From contig NZ_CP047931.1 in assembly GCF_014280175.1 (NCBI RefSeq), forward strand, positions 1,650,001 to 1,682,000: a stretch of 32,000 bases of DNA, read 5' to 3'. The notes below the pieces were generated by a model. It was not told the DNA's origin and ran no database searches. It saw nothing but the letters and a program-made list of their open reading frames with translations. The DNA comes from Synechococcus sp. A15-28. GTDB lineage: Bacteria > Cyanobacteriota > Cyanobacteriia > PCC-6307 > Cyanobiaceae. A program made the position numbers and the translations under genes. Below, one piece after another: positions 19,341-28,970 of the stretch; position 1 is the first letter of the stretch, and each line of letters starts with the position of its first letter.

Positions 19341-20111
19341 TCATGGCCAGCGAATCCACTCTGTTCGCTGTTGCCCGCGTCGCAGTTGCAGGCCGCCCCG
19401 GGATGACAGCCCTTCGATGGACCAGGGAGGTCCCTTGTCTGAACTGAGGATCTGATCGCTCCAAAGACGATCTTCCACCCGCTGAAGCCAGGGGGAGGAT
19501 CCAGCCACCAGATTCAGGCTGCACTCCAGCGCCAGCAGGAGTTCAGCGGCCCAGACATCCACGGAAGCTTCGGCTGGGGGCACCCATTCACGCAGGGCAA
19601 TCGCGCCAGTGGGAACCGCGTTGCTGACGTTCAACCCGATGCCACAACGCACCAACCTCAGCTGCGTTCCACGGTGAACCAGCCGCGGCAGCACCCCCGC
19701 CAGTTTGCGCCCCTCCACCAGCAGATCATTGGGCCATTTGATTCGTACCGGCACGCCGTGCCTCTCCAACCTTTGGGCGAGCTCCAGGGCCAGGGCAAGG
19801 CCGAACAGCCCGGCCGCAGGAACGGACTGCCCCGACCAGGGCATGGCGGCACTCAGCCAGACCCCACCGCTGGGCGACTGCCAGTGGCGACCGCGCTGAC
19901 CGACGCCTCGCCGCTGCCGGCGGGCCAACACCGCCCGTGGCCGCATCAGATCCGGGGAATCCCGAAGCCATTCAGCCAGGCTGATCTCGGTGCTGCTGCA
20001 CACCGGCAGCCAGCGGAGATCCCAGATCCCCGCACGCTCCCTCCGGAATCTGCTTCGGTGCAACGCCAGCTGACGCCCCCCCCGACGGTGCGGTCGAGCC
20101 GTCCAGGTCAT
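19341..20111 (-). CDS. birA: Biotin-[acetyl-CoA-carboxylase] ligase
   Basis: VCSSTEISLAEWL...RQRRGVGQRGRHWQSPSGGVWLSAAMP...RIKWPNDLLVEGRKLAGVL...GIGLNV. No N-terminal HTH. Confidence 0.88.
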   Translation of the reverse strand: MTWTARPHRRGGRQLALHRSRFRRERAGIWDLRWLPVCSSTEISLAEWLRDSPDLMRPRAVLARRQRRGVGQRGRHWQSPSGGVWLSAAMPWSGQSVPAAGLFGLALALELAQRLERHGVPVRIKWPNDLLVEGRKLAGVLPRLVHRGTQLRLVRCGIGLNVSNAVPTGAIALREWVPPAEASVDVWAAELLLALECSLNLVAGSSPWLQRVEDRLWSDQILSSDKGPPWSIEGLSSRGGLQLRRGQQRTEWIRWP

Positions 20112-21286
20112 GGACAAGCAGCCACCAGCCGCCGGGCGCCCTGTTCGAGTTCATCCGTGGGACGCACCAGGGCCATTCGCAACCAGCCCTGGCCCCCTGT
20201 CCCGAAACCGGAGCCCGGGGTGAGGGCGACGCCGGAGCGTTGCAGCAGATGACGGGCGTAGGTTTCATCGCCAAGCGTCTGAATCTCGTCATCAGCCGGC
20301 AATGGCAACCAGAGGTACATGGCCATTTCTGGGGTTGAACAGGACCAACCCCCGCTCCGCAGCACCGACAGAACACGATCCCGACGTTCGCGATAGACAC
20401 CGTGAAGACTTCTGGGCCAATCCGCCCAGCGGGTGAGGGCCTGGATCGCCCCCTGCTGCAATGCCAAGGACTGATTGAAGTCCACGACGCCCTTGACCTG
20501 ACGCAGGGCAGTGATCAGGGGTTCGGCTCCGATGGCGAACGCCAGGCGAAATCCCCCCAGACACCACCCCTTGGACAGAGAGAAGAATTCAATCCCCCAG
20601 TCACTCCAGCCGGGACTCCGAAGCAGTGATGGCGCCTCTCCCTCCAAGGCAAGATCCACGTAGGGATTGTCGTTGGCAATCACCAGCTGGTGACGACAGC
20701 CCCGAGCCATCGCCTGATCCAGCAGCTCCTGGTCCCCCACCCGTGCGGTCGGGTTGTGGGGATAACCAAGGACGAACAGCTTGAGCTGATCCCACAGATC
20801 AGGGCCGATGGCATCAAGATCGGGGAGCCAATCCCGTTCCCGGGATAGGGGCAAACTGCAGATCGAGGCCCCGGCCAGCACCAGCCCGCCGCGATGGGAT
20901 GGGTAGGAGGGATCAAGGAGAAGTGCCCTGTCCCCAGGATCCAGCACAGCGAGGGGGAGATGAGCCGTCCCCTCCTGGGAGCCCACCAACAGCTGAACCT
21001 GGCGCCGTGGATCAACATCCACTCCGAATCGCCGCTGGCACCAGGCCGCAACCGCCCGGTTGAACGGTGCTGTCCCCGCTTCAAGGCAGTAGGCGGAGCT
21101 GGACGGCTCTTCAACAGCGGCCGCCATCGCCTGCAGGATCTCAACCGGAGGCTGCAGATCCGTGGAGCCAAGGGAGAGATCGATCAGAGGGGGCGCGCCT
21201 GTGTTCTCTCGGTAGGCCTGCTTGGCCTGGTCGGTGCGAGCAAAAACGCCGTTACCAAGAGCCTCCAGTCGCCTAGAGGTGAGCAT
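20108..21286 (-). CDS. Class I/II PLP-dependent aminotransferase (succinyldiaminopimelate/LL-DAP aminotransferase-like)
   Basis: LIDLSLGSTDLQPP, LDPSYPSHRGG, FVLGYPHNPTARV, VIANDNPYVDL, FSLSKGWCLGGFRLAFAIG. Start taken at MLTSRRLEALGNGVFA. Confidence 0.85.
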   Translation of the reverse strand: MLTSRRLEALGNGVFARTDQAKQAYRENTGAPPLIDLSLGSTDLQPPVEILQAMAAAVEEPSSSAYCLEAGTAPFNRAVAAWCQRRFGVDVDPRRQVQLLVGSQEGTAHLPLAVLDPGDRALLLDPSYPSHRGGLVLAGASICSLPLSRERDWLPDLDAIGPDLWDQLKLFVLGYPHNPTARVGDQELLDQAMARGCRHQLVIANDNPYVDLALEGEAPSLLRSPGWSDWGIEFFSLSKGWCLGGFRLAFAIGAEPLITALRQVKGVVDFNQSLALQQGAIQALTRWADWPRSLHGVYRERRDRVLSVLRSGGWSCSTPEMAMYLWLPLPADDEIQTLGDETYARHLLQRSGVALTPGSGFGTGGQGWLRMALVRPTDELEQGARRLVAACP

Positions 21287-21590
21287 CCAGGAATGCCTGC
21301 AGCTGGGGCTTGGCAATCGCCCCTTCATGGCGGGCGATCACTTCTCCATCGCGGTAGAGGATGAGGGTGGGAATGCCTTGCACCTCGTAGGCATCACGGG
21401 TCGATGGATTGCCATCGACTTCGAGCTTGCCAACCGTGAGCCGGTCGCCGTAGGTGTCCGCCGCCCAATCCATCAAGGGGGCCATCAGCCGGCATGGGCC
21501 GCACCAGGGCGCCCAGAAGTCAACGAGAACAGATCCTGGAGCCTGAAGCACATCCGAGGTGAAGCCGGCGTCCGTGAAGTCAGCGACCAA
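21273..21590 (-). CDS. trxA: Thioredoxin
   Basis: VLVDFWAPWCGPCRLMAPL...GIPTLILYRDGEVIARHEGA. Confidence 0.94.
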   Translation of the reverse strand: MVADFTDAGFTSDVLQAPGSVLVDFWAPWCGPCRLMAPLMDWAADTYGDRLTVGKLEVDGNPSTRDAYEVQGIPTLILYRDGEVIARHEGAIAKPQLQAFLDAHL

Positions 21591-21647
21591 AGCACAAGGT
21601 CATGGCTGACCTGATCCTATGGATCGCTGGACCGGAGCAGCCGGATT

Positions 21648-22421
21648 TCAGAGTTTGTCGATGGAACGCTTCAAATCTTCGAGATCCGCATCCACCTCCT
21701 CCACCTTCACCGGCTTCACGGCCTGGGAGTCCTCGGAGGCAGGCAGAGCAACGGCCTCGGGGCCGCCCTTGAGCTGGTTGCGAAGCGCTGCGAGCTCATC
21801 ATCCACATCACTGCCCCCCTCCAGGGCGGCGAACTGGCTTTCCAGATCGGCCCCTGCCAGCTCAGCTGCGGCCTGGCCTGTGGCTTCCAGGGCCTCGACC
21901 TTTTCCTCCATGCGCTCGAATGCCGCCATCGCGGAATTCGTGCCGATGTTGCCCACGGCGCTCTGCAGCTGCTGCTGAGCCTGCGCTGCCTGGGCGCGGG
22001 CCTTGAGCATGTCCTTTTTGGTTTTGGCCTCGGCGATCTTGCCCTCGAGGGCCACAAGGCTCTTCTTCAAAGTCTCGACCTGGCCATCCTGCGACTGCAC
22101 CTGTGCCTGGAGAGAGGTGGCGGTCTCCTGGAAGGTCTTGCGACGCGTGAGAGCCTCCCGAGCCAGATCCTCCTCTCCCTTTTTCAGCGCCAACTCAGCC
22201 CGCTCGTACCAGGTTGTGGCCTGAGCTGAAGCCTGTTCGGACTGACTGCGCAGCCTCTTCTGGCTGGCGATGGCCAAAGCGACCGCCTGACGCAGTTTCA
22301 CTAGATCCGCCTGCATGTCAGCGACGGACTGATCGAGAATTTTTGACGGATCTTCCATGCTGCTCACCGCAGCGTTGGCGTTGGCACGCACAAGGCGACC
22401 CAGCCGATCGAAGAAACCCAT
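21648..22421 (-). CDS. PspA/IM30 (Vipp1-like) family protein
   Basis: MGFFDRLGRLVRANANAAVSSMEDPSKILDQSVADMQADLVKLRQAVA and a long coiled coil. Start at MGFFDRL, not the track start. Confidence 0.92.
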   Translation of the reverse strand: MGFFDRLGRLVRANANAAVSSMEDPSKILDQSVADMQADLVKLRQAVALAIASQKRLRSQSEQASAQATTWYERAELALKKGEEDLAREALTRRKTFQETATSLQAQVQSQDGQVETLKKSLVALEGKIAEAKTKKDMLKARAQAAQAQQQLQSAVGNIGTNSAMAAFERMEEKVEALEATGQAAAELAGADLESQFAALEGGSDVDDELAALRNQLKGGPEAVALPASEDSQAVKPVKVEEVDADLEDLKRSIDKL

Positions 22422-22486
22422 CTGGAGTGGCAAAACCAATTTGAGATTAGCGAGTGAGGCTGAAAACTCCGCCCTACGCTCAGCAC

Positions 22487-23008
22487 ATGGCCATTGCACC
22501 GGACGGACAACGGCACAGGCTCCGCGGCGTTGAACTGCTCCAGCAGGCTCCCCCCGCTCCAGCCTCGCCCTTGAGTGACTGCCTCAATCGCCTCCACCAG
22601 GACTGGCGACGCGAAGGCAGCCTTGCCGGCCTGTGGCAGGACTGGCCCTCAATCGCCGGCGAGCTTGTGGCGACGCACTGCCGCCCCTTGTTCCTCCAGC
22701 GGGGCGTGCTGACGGTGGGGGCCAGTCACCCCCAGTGGCGCCAGGCTTTGCAATACAACAAGCCCCAACTGATTCGTGCTCTCAACAGTGCCGGGCACCC
22801 GGTAAGGGATCTGCGGATTCAGCAGCATCACGCCGGAAGCACAGCCCCATTGGAGAGTGAGAAGGACATCTGGTCCCGCCATCCCAGCCGGACTGATGTC
22901 CACGGCATGGGCACCTGTCCGCAATGCCAGCGTCCGGCACCGAACGGTGAAATGCAGCTGTGGAAGTGCTGCGGTTTCTGCCATCGCCAACGACTCAGCG
23001 ACGGATGA
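22487..23008 (+). CDS. DUF721/DciA-like protein with C-terminal zinc-ribbon-like cysteines
   Basis: LHQDWRREGSLAGLWQDWPSIAGELVATHCRPLFLQRGVLTVGASHPQWRQALQYNKPQLI...VRDLRI matches a DUF721 core; C-terminus CPQCQRPAPNGEMQLWKCCGFCHRQRL. Confidence 0.78.
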   Translation: MAIAPDGQRHRLRGVELLQQAPPAPASPLSDCLNRLHQDWRREGSLAGLWQDWPSIAGELVATHCRPLFLQRGVLTVGASHPQWRQALQYNKPQLIRALNSAGHPVRDLRIQQHHAGSTAPLESEKDIWSRHPSRTDVHGMGTCPQCQRPAPNGEMQLWKCCGFCHRQRLSDG

Positions 23009-23009
23009 A

Positions 23010-24788
23010 TCAGAACCGCTCCGGCCGAGGCTTCCGCCAATCGGCATCGACTCCATCGGCCATCAGTTCGGCGGCGCGATCGTTCAAGCGAGTCCGCTCC
23101 ACCCGCCAGACGGTGTAGACCCCGAAACGACCCAGCGTCTCCGGCTGCAGTCCCAGCCAGTGTTTCTGGCGGATTGTGCCCTGATCGATGATCAGCAGAA
23201 CCGTCGGGGAAGTCCCCGGAGACTTCAAAGGAACCCCCCGCCAACCGCGACGCTGCTCATTCGTCAGGCGATCAGCCAGGTTCACCAACGCGCCATCCGA
23301 TCGCCCTTCGAACAGGATCACCTGACCGGCGTAGAAGTGAACCGAGGGTTTCATCGCTCCCACCATGGCCAGGGGCTCCCGGGGCCGTTGCTGATCCACA
23401 AGGGTCTGGGCAGCACGGCGAACCGGGAGCTGCCGCAGTTGATCAGCCAATTCGGCAATGGGGATCAGGGCCGCGAGATGGAAACAGAGCAGTGGCAGCT
23501 GAACCGACAGCAAACGGACGACGGCATTGCGTCGCCAGGCCACCAACCCCAGCAGAACCGCCAACGTGAACCAGCCTGCCGCGCGCCATACCAGACCACT
23601 GGCCAGCAGATCCGTAGCCAGGGTGGGCATTTCCGGGTCGTTGATCAGCGGAACCCAGAGCGGCGCACACCAGAAACCAACCGCCAGCAGGGCAAGCAGA
23701 ACCACCGTGCTGGCCCAGGCCAGGCCAAGCCAGCGATCCCTACGGCCGAGGGCGAAACAGATCAGCAACGCCGCAGCCGGTGTGGCCGGAAGCCAGTAGC
23801 TGGGGAGCTTGGTGGCCGCTGTAGTGAACAGCAGCAACACCGCCAGCAACCAGCAACCGGCGAACTGATGCAACGACTGGTCGGGGGAGGTGCGCTGTCG
23901 GGGGATGCGGGCCAGTCCCAGCAACAGGAGCGGCGAAAAGGGCATGGCCGCCACCAGCATCACAGGCCCAAAAAACCACCACGGCTGCAGATGGTCGTTG
24001 ACGACGCTGGTGAAGCGCTGAAGGTTGTGATAGCCGAAGAAGCTGTCCCAGAACGGCTGCCCCTCCACCAACAGCTCCAAGGCGTACCAGGGCAGGCTCA
24101 CCAGGGCCGTCAGAGCCAGACCGGGAAGCGGCCGCAGACGACTCCACGGCGTGGCCAGGTCACGCCTGAGGGCGCCGAACAGCAACAGGGTCAACCCTGT
24201 CAGCACCACCGCCACCGGCCCCTTGGCCAGAACCGCCAGCCCCAGCACCAGCCAGGCCGGCCACCAGCGGTGACGGTCAGGTGAAGCGAAACGCCGCCAC
24301 TGCAACAGCAGACTGATGGCGAGCAATCCGCATAACAAGGCGTCACTGACGGCCGTGCGGCTCCACACCAACACCAGAGGTGAGAGGCCGAAACACAGGG
24401 CTGCGGTGACTGCAGCAGCAGCTGGCTGCCGGGTCCCCCCCTGAGGCCAACGCAACAGGGTGTCGGCCAAGACCAGCATCACCGCCAGGCTGGAGAGGGC
24501 CGAAGGCAACCGCGCCGCCCAGCTGCCGAGGGGATCCCAGAGCGCCTGTCCCGGCAGGCTGTAGCCCAGAGCCATCAGCCAGTACACCAGTGGCGGTTTG
24601 TCGAAACGCGGCAGACCGTTCACCCGAGGGGTCAGCCAGTCGCCGGTTTGCGTCATGGCACGCCCAGCTGCGGCGAACAGGGGCGGAGTTTCGTCCACCA
24701 CTCCAGTGGCACCAACTCTCCAGAGGGTGATCAGGACCCCGAGGGCCAGCACCAAGGCCATCACCCCCAGATGCCGGCGGCCGGACAT
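23010..24788 (-). CDS. ArnT/PMT-like (GT39/GT83-type) integral-membrane glycosyltransferase
   Basis: DETPPLFAAAGRAMTQTGDWLTPRVNGLPRFDKPPLVYWLMALGYSLPG followed by many TM segments. Confidence 0.85.
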   Translation of the reverse strand: MSGRRHLGVMALVLALGVLITLWRVGATGVVDETPPLFAAAGRAMTQTGDWLTPRVNGLPRFDKPPLVYWLMALGYSLPGQALWDPLGSWAARLPSALSSLAVMLVLADTLLRWPQGGTRQPAAAAVTAALCFGLSPLVLVWSRTAVSDALLCGLLAISLLLQWRRFASPDRHRWWPAWLVLGLAVLAKGPVAVVLTGLTLLLFGALRRDLATPWSRLRPLPGLALTALVSLPWYALELLVEGQPFWDSFFGYHNLQRFTSVVNDHLQPWWFFGPVMLVAAMPFSPLLLLGLARIPRQRTSPDQSLHQFAGCWLLAVLLLFTTAATKLPSYWLPATPAAALLICFALGRRDRWLGLAWASTVVLLALLAVGFWCAPLWVPLINDPEMPTLATDLLASGLVWRAAGWFTLAVLLGLVAWRRNAVVRLLSVQLPLLCFHLAALIPIAELADQLRQLPVRRAAQTLVDQQRPREPLAMVGAMKPSVHFYAGQVILFEGRSDGALVNLADRLTNEQRRGWRGVPLKSPGTSPTVLLIIDQGTIRQKHWLGLQPETLGRFGVYTVWRVERTRLNDRAAELMADGVDADWRKPRPERF

Positions 24789-24805
24789 CACCACCAAGCA
24801 GCACC

Positions 24806-25930
24806 TCAGGACAACCCGTCGACTTTGACATCCGCCGCTGAGGACGATGACGGACGTCCCTGCAGGATCCAGTCTTCGACGCGATGGGCAAAGACGGCCT
24901 GGGTGGCATTTCTCTCCACCCAGGCGCGGCAGGCGGCACGATCCAGCTCCGGAAGTCGCTTCAGAGCATTGGTCAGTGCCGAGATGTCATCAGGTTCGAC
25001 GAGGAAACCCGTCTGTCCCGACTGCACCAGTTCGCCAGGACCTCCGCGGTCGTAGGCCACCACCGGCACCCCACAGGCCAGAGCCTCCACCACGACATTG
25101 CCGTAGGCCTCATTCCATTTGGGCGTGTTGATCAGGGCCCGGCATCGCCCCAGCTCCTCCTGCAGATCAGCAGTGGGCAGGAAGCCTCGCCACTTCAGGG
25201 TGCCGGATGGCACCGAAGCCTCCACGGCCTCCGCGTAGGCCGGGTCCTCCCTCAATCCCCACACCAACAGCTGCTCCCCCAGAGCTGCCGCTGCCGCGGC
25301 GGCATCCTCCAGCCCTTTCTCCGGAGCCACGCGGCCAGCCCAGCCCAGGGGGCCGGAAGCCTCATGGCGAAATCGGTACCGGGACAGATCAAAGCCGTTG
25401 CCCACCACCCGCGGCGGGTGGGGGAGCCGAAAGTCCGCCGCCTGCCGTGCGGTGTGAAAGGCCAGTCGCTGCTGATCCCAAGACGCCAGCGCCTCGATCT
25501 GATCACGCATCACCTCCGCCACGGCCCCCATCGAGATGAGGTGATAAAGCTGAGCAGGAACGTGAGGGGTGATCCACAGCGGCAACCAGTCGTAGCCGAA
25601 ATTGATCACGGCATCGGCCCTCGCACCGACCTGGAGAGCCAAATCAAGGAAACGTGGCAACAGGCCATCTCGGGGGATCAACACCGGGGATTCCCCCTCC
25701 AGGTGCTGCCAGCTGGGCTGGTCCTCACCTTGGACGGTCAGCAGTTCGACGGCTTCGCATCCCTGGGGCAACCGCGAGCCCTCTGCTGCGATCAGGCGAA
25801 CCCGGTGGCCGCGGTCCACAAGCCCCTTGAGCAGGGAGCTCAGGGTGAGTTCAACGCCACCACCCTTGCCGCTGCCGAGCACACCGATGGGGGTGCTGAC
25901 CAGGATTAGATCAAGGGGGCGAGAGGTCAT
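24806..25930 (-). CDS. Glycosyltransferase family 4 (GT-B) protein
   Basis: STPIGVLGSGKGGGVELTLSSLLKGLVDRGHRV...GWAGRVAPEKGLEDAAAAA...NEAYGNVVVEALACGVPVVAYDRGGPGELV. Start at MTSRPLDLILV, not the track start. Confidence 0.9.
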   Translation of the reverse strand: MTSRPLDLILVSTPIGVLGSGKGGGVELTLSSLLKGLVDRGHRVRLIAAEGSRLPQGCEAVELLTVQGEDQPSWQHLEGESPVLIPRDGLLPRFLDLALQVGARADAVINFGYDWLPLWITPHVPAQLYHLISMGAVAEVMRDQIEALASWDQQRLAFHTARQAADFRLPHPPRVVGNGFDLSRYRFRHEASGPLGWAGRVAPEKGLEDAAAAAAALGEQLLVWGLREDPAYAEAVEASVPSGTLKWRGFLPTADLQEELGRCRALINTPKWNEAYGNVVVEALACGVPVVAYDRGGPGELVQSGQTGFLVEPDDISALTNALKRLPELDRAACRAWVERNATQAVFAHRVEDWILQGRPSSSSAADVKVDGLS

Positions 25931-26856
25931 CCCACCGGCTGAGGCTCCCACAGGCGTCGACGCTGGCTCACACACACCACTGATACCAACACCATCAGCG
26001 CACCAACCCACTGAAGCGGATCCAGACGTTCCCCCAGAAACCATCCCCCCGTGGCCAGGGCGAAGACGGGGGTTAGGAACCCAAGACTGCTGAATGTGGT
26101 CAGGTCCCGACGGTTGGCAAACCAGAAGAACAGCCCATAGGCCAGGGCACTGCCCAGCAGGGTGGCGAATCCCATGCGCCCCCAATCAGCGAGGGTCCAG
26201 TTCGGGAGGGTCCAGCCGTTCTGCCATTCGGCCGCCAGCAGGAAGGGACAACCACCCAGCAGCATGTGCCAAGCCGTCACGGCTACAGGATCGCTGTGGC
26301 GAGCGGCGTAGCGGATCAATACGGTGCCCACCGCCATCGCCAGAGCGGCCAGCAACATCCATCCCTCACCGGGTTGAAGCAACTGCAGAAATTGGGGTGG
26401 GTCCAGCAACAGCCACCAATGACCCAGCAGATCTGCAGGCACACCGAGGCAGACAATCCCTGCCAGGCCGAGGGCCAGTCCAAGCCAGCCAACAGGGTTG
26501 ATCGATTCAGCGAACAGCACCCTGGCCAGAAGTGCCACCAGCAGGGGCTGGGAATCGATCAGCACCGAACCGAGCCCAGCACCGGTCTGCGCCAGACCAC
26601 AGGCCAACAGCCCCTGGAACAGGCAGGCATCCACAAGGGTGAACAGAAGAAACCAAGCCAGATCCCGACGATCAAGAGACCAGCGGCGTCCACTGACCAC
26701 GGCCCAGGCCATCAGCACAACCCCGGCGGGGAGCAAGCGAAAGGCCGCCACAAACCAAGGGCCGCCACTGGCGAGTAGCGGCGCCATCGCCGTCATGGCG
26801 GTCCCCCACAACGCAAACGGAAGCACCATCAGCAACCAGAGACGGAGCGGTGCCAT
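25927..26856 (-). CDS. EamA/DMT-family transporter
   Basis: MAPLRLWLLMVLPFALWGTAMTAMAPLL and repeated EamA segments, e.g. SIAYGLFFWFANRRDLTTFSSLGFLTPVFALATGGWFLGERLDPLQWVGALMVLVSV-type C-terminal repeat. Confidence 0.88.
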   Translation of the reverse strand: MAPLRLWLLMVLPFALWGTAMTAMAPLLASGGPWFVAAFRLLPAGVVLMAWAVVSGRRWSLDRRDLAWFLLFTLVDACLFQGLLACGLAQTGAGLGSVLIDSQPLLVALLARVLFAESINPVGWLGLALGLAGIVCLGVPADLLGHWWLLLDPPQFLQLLQPGEGWMLLAALAMAVGTVLIRYAARHSDPVAVTAWHMLLGGCPFLLAAEWQNGWTLPNWTLADWGRMGFATLLGSALAYGLFFWFANRRDLTTFSSLGFLTPVFALATGGWFLGERLDPLQWVGALMVLVSVVCVSQRRRLWEPQPVG

Positions 26857-26909
26857 AGGAGTGGAGGAGGATGCTCTTTTTAAGATCCAAAGGATTGCAG
26901 TTGCGAGAG

Positions 26910-27722
26910 ATGATCTGGCCCTGGCGCCGTAAATCACGCCGTCGCATGGCGAGGATCGTGGTTGATGGTCCGATCACCGGCAGCACCCGTCAGCGGGTGC
27001 TCAAGGCAATTCGTGATGTGGAGCAGCGGGAATTCCCGGCCCTGCTCCTGCGGATTGACAGCCCGGGTGGAACGGTTGGAGACAGCCAGGAGATTCATGC
27101 GGCCCTGCTGCGCCTGCGCGCCAAGGGCTGCCGCGTGGTGGCCAGCTTCGGGAATATCTCCGCCTCCGGTGGCGTCTACATCGGCGTGGCGGCGGAGTCG
27201 ATCGTGGCCAACCCCGGCACGATCACCGGATCGATCGGAGTCATCCTGCGCGGCAATGACCTGTCACGCGTTTTCGAGCGGATCGGCATCCGCTTCGACA
27301 CCGTCAAGAGCGGGGTCTACAAGGACATTCTTTCCCCGGATCGTCCCCTCAGCCCCGAGGAACGAGCTCTGCTGCAGGAGTTGATTGACAGCAGCTATGG
27401 CCAGTTCGTTCGCGTGGTTGCCGAAGGCCGTTCGATGACCGAAGAGGCGGTCCGCGGCTTTGCCGATGGCCGCGTCTTCAGCGGTGAACAGGCGAAGGCC
27501 CTGGGTCTGGTTGATGAACTCGGCGATGAAGACCATGCCCGGCGCCTGGCCGCAAAGCTGGCAGACCTGGATGAAGCGACTGCGCGTCCGGTCACCCTGG
27601 GACGGACCCGCAAGAAGTTGATCAATCTCTTGCCAGGCTCCCAGCTGATCACGCTGTTGCAACAGCGCCTCAGCCTTGAGCTCATGGGCAGTGGTCAGGT
27701 GCTCTGGCTGTACCGCCCATGA
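26910..27722 (+). CDS. sppA: Signal peptide peptidase SppA (S49)
   Basis: LLLRIDSPGGTVGDSQEI, FGNISASGGVYIGVAAESIVANPGTITGSIGVI, VKSGVYKDILSPDRPLSPEER. Confidence 0.94.
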   Translation: MIWPWRRKSRRRMARIVVDGPITGSTRQRVLKAIRDVEQREFPALLLRIDSPGGTVGDSQEIHAALLRLRAKGCRVVASFGNISASGGVYIGVAAESIVANPGTITGSIGVILRGNDLSRVFERIGIRFDTVKSGVYKDILSPDRPLSPEERALLQELIDSSYGQFVRVVAEGRSMTEEAVRGFADGRVFSGEQAKALGLVDELGDEDHARRLAAKLADLDEATARPVTLGRTRKKLINLLPGSQLITLLQQRLSLELMGSGQVLWLYRP

Positions 27723-28102
27723 ACGACGTACCACTTCGCCTGGTGGGTCTGCGGGGCGCCACCACCTGTGCGGCCAACACAACGGCAGAGATCCGTCAGG
27801 CGGTCGGCGAGTTGATCAATGCTCTGGTCAGCCGCAACAGGCTCAATCCGTCCCAGATCGTTTCGGTGACGTTCTCCGTCACCGCCGATCTTGACGCCTG
27901 CTTCCCCGCTGCTGAAGCGCGCCAGCGGGAAGGCTGGGACAGCGTGGCCCTGTTGGATTGTCAACAGATGGCTGTTCAGGGCGACCTAAGCCGCTGCATC
28001 CGCGTTTTAGCCCACGCCTGGCTGCCCCAAGAGCAATCGCCTCAACACCCCTACCTGGGAGATGCCAGTCGACTGCGGCCAGACCGATCTGGTCACAACT
28101 GA
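27719..28102 (+). CDS. aroH: Chorismate mutase, AroH type
   Basis: LRLVGLRGATTCAANTTAEIRQAVGELINALVSRNRLNPSQIVSVTFSVTADLDACFPAAEAR. Confidence 0.93.
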   Translation: MNDVPLRLVGLRGATTCAANTTAEIRQAVGELINALVSRNRLNPSQIVSVTFSVTADLDACFPAAEARQREGWDSVALLDCQQMAVQGDLSRCIRVLAHAWLPQEQSPQHPYLGDASRLRPDRSGHN

Positions 28103-28177
28103 CAGCTCAGGGGCCGGCCCAGGGGACTCCCCTCCCGCCATGGGTCTCAGGAGAATCTCCACAACAGATTGATCGTG

Positions 28178-28747
28178 ATGAAACAGTCCCTTCTGCGCCA
28201 GGCCTTGACCCTCAGCGCTGCTGCAGCGCTGACCACCGCCAGCCAATCCATGTTCGCTCCCAGGTCTGAAGCCCAGGGGGGCACGCCTGGCCTGATGGAA
28301 TTCCGCTGGGACAGCGATCGGGATTACAGAAAGCTGTACTACTTCCAAACCTCAGCCATCGAGAACGATCGCTCGGAGTGGTACCTCCAATTGAGAGCCA
28401 AGGACCGCAAGACCGCGTTCATGAAGTTGACGGTGACGGTGCCCGACTACTTCGACTCCAAGCTGCGCCCTGAGCGAATGACCCTCTGCCGCACGTCCGC
28501 CGGCAGCATGATGAGCCGAACGCGGTGCCTCGAGGAGGTACCCGCCACGATCGAGGTCAACAAGTCCCAGACAGCCATTGAGGTCTACCCCGACACCCCC
28601 GTTCCTGTTGAAGGTGACTACTCCCTGCGGATCAAGCTGTTCAACCCTCAAGGCATGCGGATGTACCAGCTCAACGCTCTGATCCAAGCGCCTGGTGATG
28701 TGCCCATGTCCGGTTACGTGGGCAGCTGGCTAATCGACATCGACTGA
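28178..28747 (+). CDS. DUF2808-like exported protein
   Basis: Signal-like N-terminus MKQSLLRQALTLSAAAALTTASQSMFAPRSEAQ; conserved YYFQTSAIENDRSEWYLQLRAKDRKTAFMKLTVTVPDYFD and NPQGMRMYQLNALIQ. Confidence 0.72.
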   Translation: MKQSLLRQALTLSAAAALTTASQSMFAPRSEAQGGTPGLMEFRWDSDRDYRKLYYFQTSAIENDRSEWYLQLRAKDRKTAFMKLTVTVPDYFDSKLRPERMTLCRTSAGSMMSRTRCLEEVPATIEVNKSQTAIEVYPDTPVPVEGDYSLRIKLFNPQGMRMYQLNALIQAPGDVPMSGYVGSWLIDID

Positions 28748-28793
28748 CTGATAAATTTGTCAGTTCTGATCGGCCGGACGCCAACCAATTCCT

Positions 28794-28931
28794 ATGACGA
28801 AGCGCACTCTGGGTGGAACCAGCCGCAAACGGAAGCGGGTCTCCGGTTTCCGTGTTCGCATGCGCTCCCACACCGGCCGTCGGGTGATCCGCACCCGCCG
28901 CAAGCGGGGCCGCGCCCGTCTGGCCGTCTGA
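28794..28931 (+). CDS. rpmH: 50S ribosomal protein L34
   Basis: My translation gives [45 protein letters not shown] (45 aa). Missing from the ORF track because of its size. Confidence 0.97.
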
Positions 28932-28970
28932 TCCACAGATCAATCTGACCCTCCAACAACACCCGGGTTG

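Noticed and set aside
22422-22499. 26-aa N-terminal extension of the PspA/IM30 ORF
   Set aside because: The family normally begins MGFFDR(L/I). The extension overlaps the divergent gene region and looks non-coding.
22857-24284. 475-aa plus-strand ORF
   Set aside because: Antisense shadow of the well-supported ArnT/PMT-like gene; Q/R/G-rich with no recognisable domain. Long antisense ORFs are expected in GC-rich DNA.
24884-25909. 341-aa plus-strand ORF
   Set aside because: Antisense to the GT4 glycosyltransferase; no domain signature.
25931-26185. Upstream extension of the GT4 ORF in the track (starts at 26185)
   Set aside because: It would overlap the EamA transporter by about 250 bp and does not look like part of a glycosyltransferase. 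The start at 25930 gives a normal N-terminus.
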